From the NCBI GenBank assembly GCA_002423185.1, contig DIUX01000001.1, positions 221,030 through 285,029 on the forward strand: DNA of 64,000 nt, in the 5' to 3' direction. This stretch comes from Micavibrio sp. UBA6147. Its GTDB lineage: Bacteria > Pseudomonadota > Alphaproteobacteria > Micavibrionales > UBA1664. The notes under the pieces were generated by a model. That model had not been told where the DNA came from. It searched no databases and saw only the letters and a list, made by a program, of their open reading frames with translations. The position numbers and the translations under genes were made by a program. Below, one piece after another: positions 62,628-64,000 of the stretch (positions within the stretch are counted from its first letter, which is position 1; each line of letters opens with the position of its first letter).

Positions 62628-63989
62628 TTAAGCCGCTTTGGCGATCAAGGAAAGGCGCTCTTGAACCTTTTCCGGCCCGATAAGGGGGAGCATTTTATCA
62701 AGCTCCGGCCCGTGATCCATTCCCGTCAAGGCCTGACGCAGCGGCATGAACAAAGCCTTGCCCTTACGGTCTGTTTTGCCCTTGATGGCGGCAATCCATT
62801 GGCTCCATGTTTGTTCATCCCACGGCGCGGCGGGAAGGACGGAATAGGCCAGCGCGATATAATCCTTGTCCTCGGCGGCGATGGATGTTTTGACGGGGCC
62901 ATTCGTGACCGTCCACCAATCCTTCAAATCACGCAGCAAAGTCATATTCTGGCGCACGGCTTCCCAATAATCCGCCGTAATGTCACCTTTTTTCATGCCA
63001 ATCGACACAAGCCGCTCTTGCACTTGGTCAAAGCTCATGCCTTGTACGATCTTGGCGTTCAGGCGGGTTAATTCCTCCACATCGCATTTTGGCGCACCTT
63101 TTGAAAACTTCGAAAAATCGAAGCTGTCAATAATCGGCTGCGGCGAAGAAAACGCCTCAATCGGGTCGGCGGTGCCAAGGCGGGCGAGAAGGCTGATCAC
63201 TGCCATTGGCTCAATCCCTTCTTGCGTGCGGTATTCTTGCAAGCTCAGTGAGCCAAGGCGCTTCGAGAGCTTGCCGCCCTGTGGATCGGTGAGCAAAGGC
63301 AAATGCGCAAAAACCGGCACAGTTCCACCAAACGCTTCAAACATCTGAATGTGAAACGCCGTGTTCGACACATGGTCTTCACCGCGAATAACGTGGGTCA
63401 TTTCAAAATCAATATCATCAATGACCGAGCAAATATGATACAGCGGGCTGCCGTCCTCACGGATCAAAACAGGGTCGGAAATATCCTTACCGTGGAATTT
63501 GACTTCGCCACGCACAAGGTCGTTCCATTCGATGGGGTCGTGATTCATCCGAAAACGCCAATGCGGCATACGCCCTTCGGCCTCAAACGCTTTTTTCTGG
63601 TCGTCCGTAAGGTTTAAAGCGCCGCGATCATAAATCGGCGGCAATCCGCGCGACAATAATGACTTGCGCTTTAAATCGAGCTCGGTCGGCGTTTCATAGC
63701 AGGGGTAAAGCCGGCCATTATCCTTCAATTTTTGAATAACGGTGTTGTAACGGTCTGTGCGCTTGCTTTGATACGCCATGTCGTCCCATGTCACGCCGAG
63801 CCATGTCAGGTCATCCTGAATCGCTTGGATATATTCGACTTTAGACCGTTCCGTGTCGGTGTCATCAATGCGCAGCAAAAACTTGCCCCCCTGATTTTTG
63901 GCGAACAACCATGTGATAATGGCGGCGCGGGCGTTGCCGATATGCAGCAAGCCGGTCGGAGAAGGGGCAAAACGGACTTTAACGGTCAT
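62628..63989 (-). CDS. gltX: Glutamate--tRNA ligase
   Basis: RFAPSPTGLLHIGNARAA (HIGH motif), GKLSKRLGS (KMSKS variant) and a class I GluRS catalytic and anticodon-binding layout over 453 aa. Confidence 0.95.
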   Translation of the reverse strand: MTVKVRFAPSPTGLLHIGNARAAIITWLFAKNQGGKFLLRIDDTDTERSKVEYIQAIQDDLTWLGVTWDDMAYQSKRTDRYNTVIQKLKDNGRLYPCYETPTELDLKRKSLLSRGLPPIYDRGALNLTDDQKKAFEAEGRMPHWRFRMNHDPIEWNDLVRGEVKFHGKDISDPVLIREDGSPLYHICSVIDDIDFEMTHVIRGEDHVSNTAFHIQMFEAFGGTVPVFAHLPLLTDPQGGKLSKRLGSLSLQEYRTQEGIEPMAVISLLARLGTADPIEAFSSPQPIIDSFDFSKFSKGAPKCDVEELTRLNAKIVQGMSFDQVQERLVSIGMKKGDITADYWEAVRQNMTLLRDLKDWWTVTNGPVKTSIAAEDKDYIALAYSVLPAAPWDEQTWSQWIAAIKGKTDRKGKALFMPLRQALTGMDHGPELDKMLPLIGPEKVQERLSLIAKAA

Positions 63990-64000
63990 TATTCACTCGC

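Overview
The window is a moderately GC-rich chromosomal segment. Gene content suggests an alphaproteobacterium: PleD-type REC-REC-GGDEF regulator, dnaK-dnaJ, 206-codon S4, gltX, uvrC. This taxonomic call is an inference with no database search behind it. About 60 genes are supported.

Housekeeping genes:
- Translation and repair: rpsD, uvrC, gltX, map, radC.
- Chaperones and proteases: dnaK, dnaJ, a ClpP paralogue, an SPFH/NfeD pair.
- Metabolism: an ispB-like prenyl synthase, a GH13 alpha-glucosidase, a CinA-like protein, an NPPY methyltransferase, a CYTH protein.
- Regulation and RNA: an ECF sigma module, tRNA-Leu(TAA), tRNA-Met(CAT).

Four regions stand out:
1. 9.0-17.1 kb, minus strand. 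Eight tandem paralogues of an unrecognised two-TM envelope protein family have a small J-domain gene embedded in the array. The array sits next to SPFH-NfeD and a dnaK-(extra J-domain gene)-dnaJ locus, so three J-domain genes lie within about 8 kb of dnaK.
2. 42.4-60.2 kb, plus strand. Six tandem paralogues encode large secreted proteins with a Cys-rich N-terminal module followed by about 8-13 FG-GAP-type beta-propeller repeats. Their termini are near-identical and one copy is internally deleted. Three conserved 5' leaders carry what looks like a frame-conserved small upstream ORF, coupled to the big gene by stop/start overlap in two cases.
3. 29.7-31.6 kb. An AT-rich islet directly after tRNA-Met carries a DarT/DarG ADP-ribosyltransferase/macrodomain toxin-antitoxin (anti-phage) pair, with no integrase.
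4. 60.3-61.3 kb. A 3-TM PnuC-like mini membrane protein lies next to a nucleoside 2-deoxyribosyltransferase.

No CRISPR array, rRNA, transposase or integrase was seen. All functional calls rest on motifs read from the translations; nothing was searched or computed.
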